Of a stretch of DNA of 64,000 nucleotides, positions 51,651 through 64,000 are shown piece by piece. The stretch is taken from positions 2,668,190 through 2,732,189 of the forward strand of contig NC_068996.1 of NCBI RefSeq assembly GCF_001194135.2, written 5' to 3'. Source of the stretch: Octopus bimaculoides (lineage: Eukaryota). Both the position numbers and the translations under genes were made by a program. The notes beneath the pieces were generated by a model that was given only the letters and a program-made list of their open reading frames with translations, did not search any database and was not told the origin of the DNA. Position 1 is the first letter of the stretch, and every line of letters starts with the position of its first letter.

Positions 51651-52072
51651 TTGTGGCCCATTTCTTATATTTCGGTCTGAAACCAAAATATAAAGAATCT
51701 ACTTAGTCTACTTTATACAACACCTGTCCTATGTACTCAGTATACATTTTCAAATTTAGATAAAAAATTTGTATTAGGAAGAATATATAGAAAATGTTAC
51801 TGATACTCATAATGTTTTATTCTCTCTACACGTTGTTGTCTGACTGGCAGGTGAATGTAAATAATAATATCAATACGAAATATGTGCATGATCTGATACC
51901 CATAGAAAACATTCAAACAGTTACAGTCAGCATTGGAGATGTTATTACAGAGTAATTGAACCCTAATCCCCAACATATGTCTGGTCCTCACAACAAATTG
52001 ATTACATTACATATCTTTCTCTTCTAGCTTTTACTGTCTGGTCTCATTTAACATTGACCACATATAGAAAGA

Positions 52073-52109
<37 letters not shown>

Positions 52110-53101
52110 ATGTGCGCGTGCACATATGCATGCTAATGTAATTGAAGTTTTTAACCTCCAGCTAAGTTTAAAGCAGAATCAATTTAATTTAAATAATAAC
52201 CATTACAATTTACCAATTTTTACAAAAAAAGAAACAAGTATGTTTATGATTATAATTGTGTGTGTGTGCTTGCATGTTTGTTGTGTGTATATCATACTTA
52301 ATGCAAATATTATCAAAAGGCAAATTATCTACAGTATTCATCCAGAGACAAAATCTTATATATTTGTATTATGTTTAAAAACACAAATATATCAGTAACA
52401 GATGAAATTGTCCAGCAGCACTGGTGAGAATAGATGCACGTTTCTGCCTTGTTGGACTTTGTCAGTAGCATTTACCCACTATCAAAAGCATGCCAAGACA
52501 GAATCTGTTACTACTGATATAAGAAAACTGTGACTGAAAATTCATTGGTGTCTAATTGCAATACTGTACTTACTGGCTGTATTGTATTTTTTTGTTTCTT
52601 TATTAGTTAACCAGATAACTAATTAAGTAATCAATTGTTTGATTAAATCTTCAATCAATCAGTCAGTCAGGTCTAACCTAAAGCAAACCTGAAGAGCACT
52701 TATTATTGATGATGTTATGAGTGGTGATGAAAGGACTTCCACAGTCCTAATTGATTCATTGACTGAGCAATTAATCAAACAACTGATTAGTTAATTGGAT
52801 AGGCTGGTTAACCAAGTGACAAGGGAAAATATCAAAATAGTATAGAACCACTACATGAGGATATCAGTGGTGTAATTCCCTTCCCAAGATATAATTGTAT
52901 GTGTAGATATGTGTGTATATGAATGAGTATTTTCCTCATCTTTGCTACTTGCAAGAAATGCTTTGCTATTTACCACACATCAGTCCAGCTTCCTTGATGT
53001 ATTATGTGATCTTTGCAAACAATGGGCTGAGTCATGTGTTGTCATTTTTTTTTTCCCCAATTCTTTGTATAAACATGTCTAGGTTGTTTGTTGTCCAATC
53101 T

Positions 53102-53149
<48 letters not shown>

Positions 53150-53151
<2 letters not shown>

Positions 53152-53530
53152 AGATGGGGCTGGGATCATCCCAGAGGCATTATGTGCAAAGCCAACCTGA
53201 TTCACCAGTACCATCTATTGTTGGCAACCTCATGTCAGGCTCCCTGCAACCCCCAAGGTCATACCAATCCTCTGGAGATCTTCTTTAATCACATTCTGAG
53301 CCTGTCATGGGTTCTCTTCCAGCCCACAAGTGGTGCATTGAACAAAAGTAAGGTCCTGATAGGATGATCTGGCTGGAGGCAAAGGACATGTCCATACCAG
53401 CACATGTAGCGGACGGCTATGAAACGGGAGGCTGCATGCATGCAGCTCTTCATCAGATGTGATTGCACCATCTGATGTTCTCGATTATCATCAAAGCTGT
53501 GCTGTCAATCCACTTTCCCAGGTCTTCATG
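53150..53530 (-). mobile_element. RTE-clade LINE 3' remnant
   Basis: RYMCWYGHVLCLQPDHPIRTLLLFNAPLVGWKRTH. Confidence 0.7.
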
Positions 53531-54035
53531 AGGGGCCATATTTCTACTCCTTGCTTAATAGATTGGAAAATTATTAACTCACTTGCAAACAGGTGGGGCA
53601 AGATGTCGAAGGGTAACCAGCCTTAGGAAGCTCTACTTCAACATACTTTCATCTGATGCATACAAGCAAAGAAATGTAGACATTAAAATGATGATGATGA
53701 TGATGATCATGATAATGGTGATATATAGATATAATTAATTAACTGATACAGGGATTGAACTCACAGATACCATGTAAACTATGACTTTCAACACTTGAAA
53801 CCTAATCAATGCTTTTAATAATTTGCTCTACAGAAACTAGTGAGCTCAATCCAATGACAGTCAGTTTAGATATTCAGTTCTCAGATTCAAGTGGTATGTC
53901 TAAGTAGCATCATAAGAAGAATAACTAATATAAGAAGAATATGGAAAACAGAACGAGAATAATCTTCCCTTGTGCATTTGATAAAGATTTCAGTTCAAAA
54001 TCTTACAAATTACTGAAACTTGATTTGTACAACAG

Positions 54036-54107
54036 TTGAAACATCATAACTGTAGCGACCAAGACGAGGACACTAATCCAGATATTATCAGTGTGTCCAT
54101 ACTATGA
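54036..54107 (+). CDS. Candidate exon LKHHNCSDQDEDTNPDIIS (57 nt if spliced at 54093) or terminal ..IISVSIL*
   Basis: Acceptor tttgtacaaCAG followed by TTG; CpG-containing, GC-richer acidic codon run in an AT-rich repeat-free zone; weak donor GTGTCC. Confidence 0.3.
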   Translation: MKHHNCSDQDEDTNPDIISVSIL

Positions 54108-56556
54108 GAAAGAAAAAAGCTGTTTATTAATTAGTTATGAGGATGTTGCTGTTACTAAAAGAAAACAATTATTAAAGTCTACATGCAGAGAAAATTCCTA
54201 AAATTTCTAATTTTAATATATCTTTATCAGAATGTAATTTAGAAAATATTTTCATCATTGAAGATTACAGCTATACATTTCAATCAGAAAATTAATTTTA
54301 GTTCACTACAAGATAACATTTTTTAACACTGTGAGATAGTTTTGTCCTTCACCTTTCTTTCTGTGTTTTTTTTTTTGGGGGGGGGGGGTTGTCTCTCTCG
54401 CTCTACACTTCATGACAATATCACAATTTATAAGTATTTATATTTTCTTTATATTTATAGAAATATAGATGTTGCCCTAATATTTCCAACATAACTTTCT
54501 ACAGACATATCAGTAAAAACATTTCTCCAAAATATAAGTTTAATCTAGCACCAGCCAAATTATGTTGATTCCAATACCTTGTTATATTTGTTGAATGTTG
54601 TTGAAAAAATAGAAACCTGAGGAAGAAAAGTGGTTTAAATGTACTTATATCAACTGTACCTGACACAAACTTGTCTTGTTTTCTTTAAAGCAATTTATTG
54701 TTGTATACAATGTTTAAAAAGAAAATAACCATTACAGTACATGATAAAGGTTGTAACAGGAAATTTCTTATATATTTTAGATAGTTCCTTTGCTGAAATC
54801 ACTGTTTATGTTATCAAAGTAGATATGATGAATAGGAAAGCAAAAAATATAATTTCCCATCTCTGTACATCTGTAATTGTAGGCTTATATCATTTATTAA
54901 TACTAAAATGTACATATATATATAAAAGTCAATATATATATATATTTCAGTGGAAAAGTGAGTCCTAATATCACAGTTTAGTTTATTCCTGTGTGATTGC
55001 TATTTGACAGATATAAGTTATAAAGGGATATTATATGTAACATATCAAAAATTGTATGTATTGGGAATCCACTGTGTAAGTATTATGTAGCAACTAGCAG
55101 AAAACCACCTGCAGGGCAGTGTTTCTACCATTAATGATTATAATTCATCATCTCAGAAATTGAGACACTCTGTGTGTGTGTTTTTCTTAGATATTAACTT
55201 TTTAATAGTTTTGGAATTATTTTTCAAATATCAATTTGTATAAACCGTTCTGAAAAAGAAAGAGCAATAAAATTAAAATTGTGTGAATTTTAAAAATAGA
55301 TTTAATTAAAAGATAAGTTGTGAATTCAAGTTTAGACCTGATCAATATTAGGAGAACAATAAACGTAGAATATGATATTGATACAGTTCATAAGTGATAT
55401 TCTGGCATTTTATGGTTTGAAAGCATACCTGCAGGCTATCCTTTTGGCTATAAAAGCAATAAAGCAAGTTCTTTAACATGTGTAGCAATGTGCACAGATA
55501 TATGCTCCTTCATGCACACAAAGATATTGAAAGATAAGTACATTAATGTAAGAAGGTTTGGCAATTTGAAGAGCAGTCACCTTCAGTTAATATATAGAAG
55601 AGTTTGTTTTTGTTTGTTTCTTAATTATCAAAGCATAATTCATGTAAACCTAGGTTGAGCTAAGGAATGAAATTCTATGTGGTTATGTGACTTACTAGAA
55701 ATATCAATAAAATGTACATCAGATCATATCCTACTATCTCAGAAAAGGGAGGACACGTTAAATAGTACTAGATGTACTGTGACCTGAAAATTAAGCAGCT
55801 AATATACCTTTGATCATAAGTCTACTTGAAGAAGGCTGCTCTGAAAATAAACAACAATTCAGATTAAATAGATGATGATGATGATTGTAAATTTGCAGAT
55901 TACAAAATTTTAAATATTTCATTGCAACTTTTGTATTTGTAAATAACTCATTTGCCATCTAACTTCTTTTGTTGTGCTTTTTCTTGCATTGAACATGACT
56001 GCTAATTGGTCAGACAGGCTATCGTGTGGCCAAACAAGTATTCTTGGAACCAGATAATGATACATGTACAATGGTCATATGCCTTACAACCTATTTGCAA
56101 AAATTTCAATGTAACTATCATTTTTTGAACAATTAAAGACTATATTTATTGTGATAATGAATATGGTTGTTTTATTCTCTTAAGCATTTGTTTAGGATTA
56201 CTATATTAAAAAGTAGCAATTGATATGCTTATTCATTGAAATCTAATTATATAAGACAAGCTAATTAACTTTTTAAAGTTTTCAATATTTATATGGGTGG
56301 GAAGTTTTGTTTTGTTAGACCTTTTTTTTTTTACACAGTTATGTGACTTTCTTACTGTTTCCTACTTAACTGTAAAGTACTTGGTGGATTTTCTTTTATT
56401 ATGTTGTTCAGTCAGGCAAAATGGAGCAAGTAGAGACAGGTGCCTTAGTGTAGGACACAGTACTGATCACACTGCATGATTAATAGTCCACTACTGTAAT
56501 ATCACACCTATTGTGCACAAATAATAAAATTATTGATAGTATACTTTCAGAGTCTT

Positions 56557-56600
<44 letters not shown>

Positions 56601-57911
56601 AAGAGAGAGAGAAATTGTTTGAAGTGGTGTACAGATTTTATGTTAAGGAAAAGGAGGTTGTCAGAATTTTGGATAATTATTTTAGTACTTTCACCTCATT
56701 TCAGAGATTCATCAGGAATCATTTTTTTCCCAGAAAATTTATACCTTCTATATATATGTGAGTTAGTTGAAAAAAATCTTGAGTTGGATTGGGAAGAGAC
56801 TGTTCTAGTTATTTTGAATCTATGTGTGTGGTGAGTTTTTGGAGGTTTGGTTAGAGAGATTCCAAAAAGGAAGAAAGACAAAGAGAGAGAGAGGGGGGGG
56901 TTCCTGGGATGATTGAAGTTGCATTGTATTTTTTGGTCAGGTTTATATGTATGACTTAAATTATATGTTTTGAGCTATAGTATTCTTATATAATTATTAC
57001 TATATTTAATTCAGTGATTAATCATTATATTAAGTAACTATTATCTATCCACATAAGTAGACATATTTGAATATAATTAACTCACCGTTTGGACACTCAT
57101 AACAAATCACATCATATTTGGAAATGATCTTATTTGATTAATTCTGTCAGTATTTTTTTATCATACACAAGTGAGATATATGAGCAGTAAAATTTAACAA
57201 CCAGAGCTGTCATGATTTCTTGAATTCAGATGTACTTACTTACATTTCAATGTAGTTTCAAAGCAGGACATGTTTTCCTGCTTAGCCTCACTCCATAGAG
57301 AGCATCTTAGTTTTTGAATTCACATTCAGCATTTGAACTACTGAAAGGAAATGTTATTTCATATTCTTAATATTATCGAACATAAACATGTACTCGAATC
57401 TAATCAAGCACAAAGGTCCTGAAATTATTAATTAATCCAATGTTTGCTATGTCCTTCTTTCTATTTTATTTTTCTCTATTTTAATCCGGTTGTCAATAGT
57501 GAATCGATGAATATTTTAACTCAGTACTCTTAGTTATGAAGTCATTGTCATTCCTCTTATTATACGCTTTTAGTTTAGAAATTTACTCACTGCTAATTCT
57601 TTTCTAATTTTCTCTGAGTTGTACTCTTCTCTTTCTGTATATAAATATATATACATGTATATATATTTATGTACATGTGCGCATTTATGAGCTTGTGCGT
57701 ATGCGGCACACACACACACACACATACACACACACACACACATACACACATATAGATAACTATGTCATTGTTCTCTTGTTTCATGAACCATTTCATTGTA
57801 TATTACTGAATGATTCAACATCTTCAACACTTTGTATGAGTCCTGATGGGTGCCACATTGTAAGATTTAGTAAAGATCATGATATATCATTATTCTTATT
57901 ATCATGTTTAT

Positions 57912-57976
<65 letters not shown>

Positions 57977-58669
57977 ACATTACTTTTTTTACTCATTTTT
58001 CTTTTCTTGATAGCTCTTCAGTCTTGCTTCATGGAGGCTACTAGATTGTTAAGTGGAATCCCTTGCTGCTAATTGGAACAGGATCTGAAGTCTTTTTTTG
58101 TGGGGGTACTTTTGAGGGCTTTATTGTTGGGCATTTTTTCATTTTTATTTTATAATCTTATGCCACAGGAATATGTATTCAATTTTCACTTAACAGTCAT
58201 GAGTAAAAAAAAAAGTACTTGGTAGGGTTAGGAAAAAAAATTTGAATTCCCTTGGTTTTTTTTTTATGTTATGTACAGTCAGTGGGGTTTGTTTTTGTTT
58301 TTCTTGTTTCTTTTTCCTTTGTTGTTGTTAAATTTATTCTGTTGCCAACTACATTCTTGCTGCTATCATTAGAATAGACATTTATTGTAACTATTGTAAG
58401 CAATCTTAATTTAATTTAATTGCCACAGTGTTTTACTAACAAGTAATTTTGAAAGAAATCCGTATAAGCTAACCTTGATAAAGCTAATAGAGTTAAAGGT
58501 ATCAGCATGTTATAAGGTTAAGGAGTAGGGAGAATGATGTAAAATACAACAATCTTCTCTATTGATGCTCAAACTGTTAGAAATAACAGCTAAATCTCTC
58601 AAACCTCATCCTACCATTCTACACTGGTTACATTTATTGTTATTTTATTCTTATTGCAGAAACATTTAA

Positions 58670-58970
58670 CCTATCCATTACAGTATTCTTGTTGAAATAC
58701 ATTGTCTTTAGTTGATTTTGAAAATAATGAAGCATTTAGTAAAATAATTATCATTATTAAGTTTGTGCTTGAATTTTGATACAAAGTTTTAATTTAGATC
58801 AGTTTTAATCAGAAACTGTGCCACAAAGCAGAATCTATCTCAAGTGAGTTATGAAAATTTTTAAGCAATGAAAAGCTTTAGACAATGTTCATAAATTATG
58901 AATTTGGAAAACTCATACTTTATTATAAAGGCACTTCTGAAATTTATAATAGTTAATATTTATTTTTGAT
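58670..58970. mobile_element. Possible MITE (TTAA-type ends), degenerate
   Basis: Begins ttaacc and ends agttaa; AT-rich and non-coding; terminal repeats poorly matched. Confidence 0.3.
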
Positions 58971-59194
58971 AGAAATAATTTCACAGTTTTATATAAGATG
59001 ATACATGTAAGCGGAAAGTTACAAAAGAAGTTTTTTTTTTTTTTTTAATGTATGTTTCTCTTGAGAGTTATTTTTTCTATTGTTAAATGTTGGTGCGACA
59101 CCTACATTGTATTAATACAATTGCATCTTGTTTTGTTGTTGTAATTTAGCCCAAGGTCAAATTTGATCAAGTAGAATATGATCCAAGCGTATCA

Positions 59195-59290
59195 GGACAA
59201 TTACCCCCCTATACAGCAATACCCCCCCCCCCGACGACAACTACCCCCTAGGACAATTACTCCCTTGGTTAATTACCCTCTCTCCAATAT
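59195..59290 (+). repeat. Five degenerate caattacccc-type tandem units
   Basis: ggacaattaccccc, gcaatacccccc, gacaactaccccc, ggacaattactccc, ttaattaccctc. Confidence 0.75.
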
Positions 59291-59809
59291 ATTAAGAAGT
59301 TATACATCATCTGTTGTCTTGTGGGGTAAATGTCCTAAACTTGATCCAAGGCTTTCCAATTATGGCCACTCTGTCTTTTTATGGAATATCTTGGATTATA
59401 TTGTCTTACATGTCTTTTTTTTTCTTTTGTTGTTGTCGTGACAAGGGTTGAGATTTGAGAGAGATTTGGCTACAACTTCAAGCCAGTTGAATTAACACAT
59501 TGAATAGTTTTACTATCCTGGGGCAGTTTGCAAATACATATAAACCTATGTGATGAGAAAAATAGTGAATCTTTAAATTGGAATAACTTCTATCAGTTCA
59601 GTGTGACCTAAACCCTATGAATGAATTTGATAAACAGAAACTGTGTGGAAGTCCATCATATATATATATAGTGTGTGTGTGTTTGTGCATGTACATATAT
59701 GTGTTACTGTTTCTGTGGTTTTGTATTGATGTAAGCTGAGCCAGTCATATTTGTTTATACTTCTCATGAACAATGTGCCCCCTAGCTTGGCAATTTCACT
59801 GGTTTCAAT

Positions 59810-60060
59810 CCAACCCTTCAGCATTCAGATTGATATGTCAAAAGTAATCCTTATTTATTCACATTTTAAAAAATTAATTAAAAATTAAAAGCTCAATCTT
59901 TTAGCTTCGAGATTTGAAAGATGTAATTTTTTATTTATAGAACGACATTGCATGGCAGGTGTGAGGTGCAGGTTCTGGCCAGTTTGAGCATAAAATGGGT
60001 GGAATATTTGGGCCAAATACAGCCAGTTTAAACACTAATTGGTTACGGGTTAGCAACAGA
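59810..60060. mobile_element. Possible MITE with aaccctt..agcatt-type terminus
   Basis: Left aacccttcagcattcag, right degenerate aaacactaattggtt; non-coding. Confidence 0.35.
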
Positions 60061-60599
60061 AGGGCATCTAGCTAGTAATTCTCATTTAACTCATGCCAGC
60101 CTGGATTTAAAGATGATAATGTATCATATCAGATTACTGCCTTTGCCCTAACATTTAACTCATTTGTAGCAACCAATATTTTCTCTTTTTCATGATGTGA
60201 TTGACCTTCTTTTCGTTCAGCTTATTTGCTGTAACATCAGCTAGAGATATCCTGAGATGGTATCAAGGTCTCTTTTGTAACAGATACACAATATGATGGA
60301 GCTTAAGTAAATCAGTTGGTGACAGAACATAGAAATAATGACATTGTGAATAAACTCCTTTCCTAATTCCACATTACAGAGTGTACTGGGTGGTTTTTTT
60401 CATGGCACCAGCACTAGTGATGTCACCATGTAACTCAGAAAACTACCATATAATCCCACTCGACTGAGTGGGAGTATATAGTTAGGCAGAGTATGGCCTT
60501 ATGCTAAAATAGAAGTAACAGGAACACGTTTATTGTTTTAGATGAGATGCATGACAACTCTACATTATATAAGGATGAGTTGCAGCTGCAAAGAGATAA

Positions 60600-61320
60600 A
60601 GGTACAGGACAAGGTAAATAGAAGAATATCAGAAAGAGTAGGTAGGTGATGGGAGGGAGTAAGAGTGGAAGATGGTTAGGAATAGGGTCTAAGGACGGTT
60701 AGTGATATTAGTGCTATGGAGAAAAATGGGGAAGAGATATCAGTAGAAGTGATTCCGAGCAGAGGAAGTAATGGCTGGTAAAACAGAAAGGGTGAAAGGC
60801 AGTGGAATAATGGATTAGTTAGGAATAATGCATCAGTGACATGGTGGAAGACACAAGTGGATCTGGAAGCAGACTTGTCTTCCCAATGGACAACCAGACA
60901 TATTCCTGCTCTCCAACAATCACCATGGTCAAATTCACTCAAACACCCTAGATGAACACCTGATATTTCACACTAGGTAAAGGAAAGCAAATATCAGGAC
61001 TTGGTCAATAAGACCCTTGTCAAGGAACGGCATGCAGCCTCGTTCCCCATTGATCTCAGCTGTGCAGCTTTCCAATGAGATCAGTGCACTATTTCCTACA
61101 GAAGATATATCTAGAACCCATACAACTGAAGTAAGCTCCCAAGGAAACAGGCATGGTATCTGAAACAAACTCAAGGTGGCTGTGGTTGAGAAGAGGCTGC
61201 AAGTGGAACCCTTTTGTAGCAAAGATTAGTTCAGTCCTCACTGCCTTACTCAGGTGAAGCATACAGGCTAAGGAGCAACATGTCCATGAACCTGAGATAC
61301 CCACTGATGATATGGCATTG
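60600..61320 (-). mobile_element. Penelope-like element RT C-terminal and linker remnant
   Basis: Minus-strand ERGCMPFLDKGL (RGYP-like helix) and a pyrimidine-rich linker; heavily decayed. Confidence 0.45.
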
Positions 61321-61514
61321 CAGTCAATTTAGTGGAACTTAGAGAACCTCTGTGGTGCAGAGCATTTCCAATGTTTATTTTACCTAACATATATATAATA
61401 AACAGGATGGGCCAAGTCATACACCAAGACACTTGACATTTTATTTATGTTATTATTTTGCTCATTATGTACATGTGCATTCATCATTATTTTAGTTATT
61501 TTATTCAACTTTAG

Positions 61515-61566
61515 AAAAGTTGAAGGTGTCTTTGACAATTCTGGAGTGTATGGAACTTATTGGTGT
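61515..61566 (+). CDS. Candidate 52-nt exon (KVEGVFDNSGVYGTYWC or KLKVSLTILECMELIG)
   Basis: Acceptor ttattcaacttTAG; donor TGT|GTGAGT; two of three frames open. Confidence 0.35.
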
Positions 61567-62489
61567 GTGAGTTTCGGCTCACTCCTTATATGTATACACG
61601 TCATGCTTTTCATCATTTTATATCTGCCTTCCCTGTTGGCTTGAGTTGATTAGTTCAACAAGATCTAACATTGTATAGTTTTATGACATAAACCCAATGA
61701 CTCAGTTTTCACATGGTTCCCATAACTCGATGCCCTTTCTAATGCCAACCATTATATTCAAGTTTAATCATTCTCGTTAAGGATTTTTCATATTCATTTT
61801 TGAATTCTTTACATTTAGTTTGTTGCAAAACATTATTGGATTTATTAGTCGATTAACATTTCAAACCCCTTTTACAGTCCTATTTTCAAGATATTATGCT
61901 ATCAATAATGGCTTGTTGTTTGTATGCTTTGTGGTAAGTCACAAAATATCTTGGGAATAATTTTACAACCGATAGTAGCATCAATGCTGCATTTAAAGTT
62001 ATACAACGGTAAGTCCTGAGAATAATTTAAGGTAAGTTCTGGTAAATTTCATGATTAATTTTGCTTATATCCATGTGCTTAATTTTGGTTTGTATTTTGC
62101 TTTTAGTTAAGTCTCCATAGTTATTCACACTTATTAAGTCTGCATAAAACTGTAGTGCTGTCAATGAGTGTTTTCCTGTATAATGTTATTTTGTTTACTG
62201 CCTCATATAGTTTTGATAACATTTTGTTGTAAATGCATGTTGAGCAAAGAAGGTGTTGCGTTTGAGTGTATCCAATGTAACAGTTTGAGTCATGAAGTTT
62301 ACAATCCCCTTGTTTACATTGAAATGTATATATTTAATGCGTTGTTTGGACCTTGTGTTGATGCAGACGTTTTTTTGTTACGGTGTTATCACAATATGTT
62401 CTAATTATGTTTATGGTTAAGTATGATACATAATGTGTTCTGTTGTGTTAGTTCTTTAGACATATGTGTATGAATGTATGAATTTATGT

Positions 62490-62771
62490 GAAGGCATGTG
62501 GCCCAGGGATTACGGTGTTGCACTCATGGTCACTAGACCAAGGGTCCAATTTCCAGACCAGGTTGCACATTGTATTCTTAAGCAAAACTCTTCATTTTTC
62601 AAAATTCCACTCTCCTCAACTGTAAAAGGGTCACCCTGTGATGACTTAGCCTTCTGATCAGTGAGGAATGTTGGCCTGCTCACCTTAGTGGCATCATGGT
62701 GACATCATTCAACAGGTAAAACAGTGCAAAGTGCATTGTGACCAGTGATATATAGCAACATCTGATGGCCA

Positions 62772-62775
<4 letters not shown>
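62490..62775 (+). mobile_element. tRNA-derived SINE (family C-like)
   Basis: Head ggcatgtggcccagggattacggtgttgcactc..ggtccaatttcc..tgtattcttaagcaaaactctt. Confidence 0.6.
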
Positions 62776-62806
<31 letters not shown>

Positions 62807-63634
62807 NNNNNNNNNNNNNNNNNNNNNNNNNNNNNNNNNNNNNNNNNNNNNNNNNNNNNNNNNNNNNTATATACAGACATGCATATATCTATACACATAT
62901 ATATACATATATGGATTATGTATGCGTTTAAGTAGTTGTACTATACCTGTGTGTGTATGTGTATGCGTGTCTACGTTCATGCATTCTGTGTAACAAAGTT
63001 TAACAAAATTTTAGCATGAAACAAAGAGAAAGATAGCACAGAGCTGGAAGGTTAAGGACTTCTGTTCTGCTGAAGTACTGATATATGTATTTCTGCTCAT
63101 TAAATAAATTTGTATGTTCGTTATGTACATGTGCGCATACGCACTTATTTAATGAACATTTGAGCAGCAGTTATAACATTTTTTTTTTCTTTTAGTCAGT
63201 TTTCTCTGTGTTTCCTTCACATACTAAAATATTGTTCTTTCACAAAATGCTGTATAAGTGAGTTTGATATGTATGTGTGTCTTTGTATGTGAATGTGTAA
63301 CTGAGAACATGCACTATTCTATAATGTTTCTGTTCAATAGTAGGGAGAGAAAGAGGGAGGGAGGAGTGTTGCCCATCGATTTCTTATGCATGCATATTAT
63401 TGTTTTATTCCTTCTATCTTCTATGAATAGAGAAAAGTTGCTTTTCTGTGTAAGGAATAAAAGTGTTTTGAAGTTTTTAGGACCCAAAAATATGTTTGAA
63501 ATTTGTTTTTCAGACAAAAGAGTGCATTAGTCAAAGCATTTCATTGGCATAGTATTCTGATTTTGCTAAAATAGTGGAACACACAGGCAGACATTGAATT
63601 TTAGTTCCATATGAGTGTGTGTGTGTGTCTATGC

Positions 63635-63704
<70 letters not shown>

Positions 63705-64000
63705 ACGCACACACGTGTGACTATATATATATGTGTGTCAGTGTGCACATATATTTGTGTGTGAATTTCTCTCTTTGAATACATACATGTACACACACAG
63801 AAACACACACATGTATGGAGAGAGGGGGAAAGAGAGGCTTCTTTTTTTTTTATTTCCTCTTAATTGTTGAGTTGTGTTGGACTAAATAGGTAGATATTTG
63901 TCTGTCCAAACTCCTCTCTATTCCCTTAACTACTTATGTATCTGTCTGGAATGTGTGTATATTTATGTTATTTTATACAATGTTGTAATGAGAAGCATTC

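Noticed and set aside
56733-56829. 97-nt open segment between cccag and GTGAGT (NLYLLYICELVEKNLELDWEETV..)
   Set aside because: Includes (AT)n sequence, has AT-rich non-coding composition and matches no partner exon phase.
62168-62404. FECIQCNSL resembling a Ly6/three-finger domain start
   Set aside because: The remaining cysteine pattern is absent and there is no good acceptor at the expected position.

Overview
AT-rich, microsatellite-dense metazoan genomic DNA with about 15 N-gaps. The repeat repertoire (RTE, Dong/R4, Tx1 and Penelope-like retroelement fragments, tRNA-derived SINEs, a DD37D Tc1/mariner relic) points to a coleoid cephalopod, most likely Octopus (inference, not checked). 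Nearly all ORFs in the supplied track are microsatellite, gap or decayed-transposon artefacts. The window reads as intronic sequence of a large + strand gene that I cannot name. It has two well-supported frame-preserving exons with similar 5' ends (8284-8364 and 40312-40437) and several weaker exon candidates. The other unusual signal is a set of short palindromic elements carrying hammerhead-ribozyme-like cores. No rRNA, intact tRNA, CRISPR array or intact transposon ORF was found. Transposon boundaries are approximate and all family calls come from remembered motifs, not database searches.
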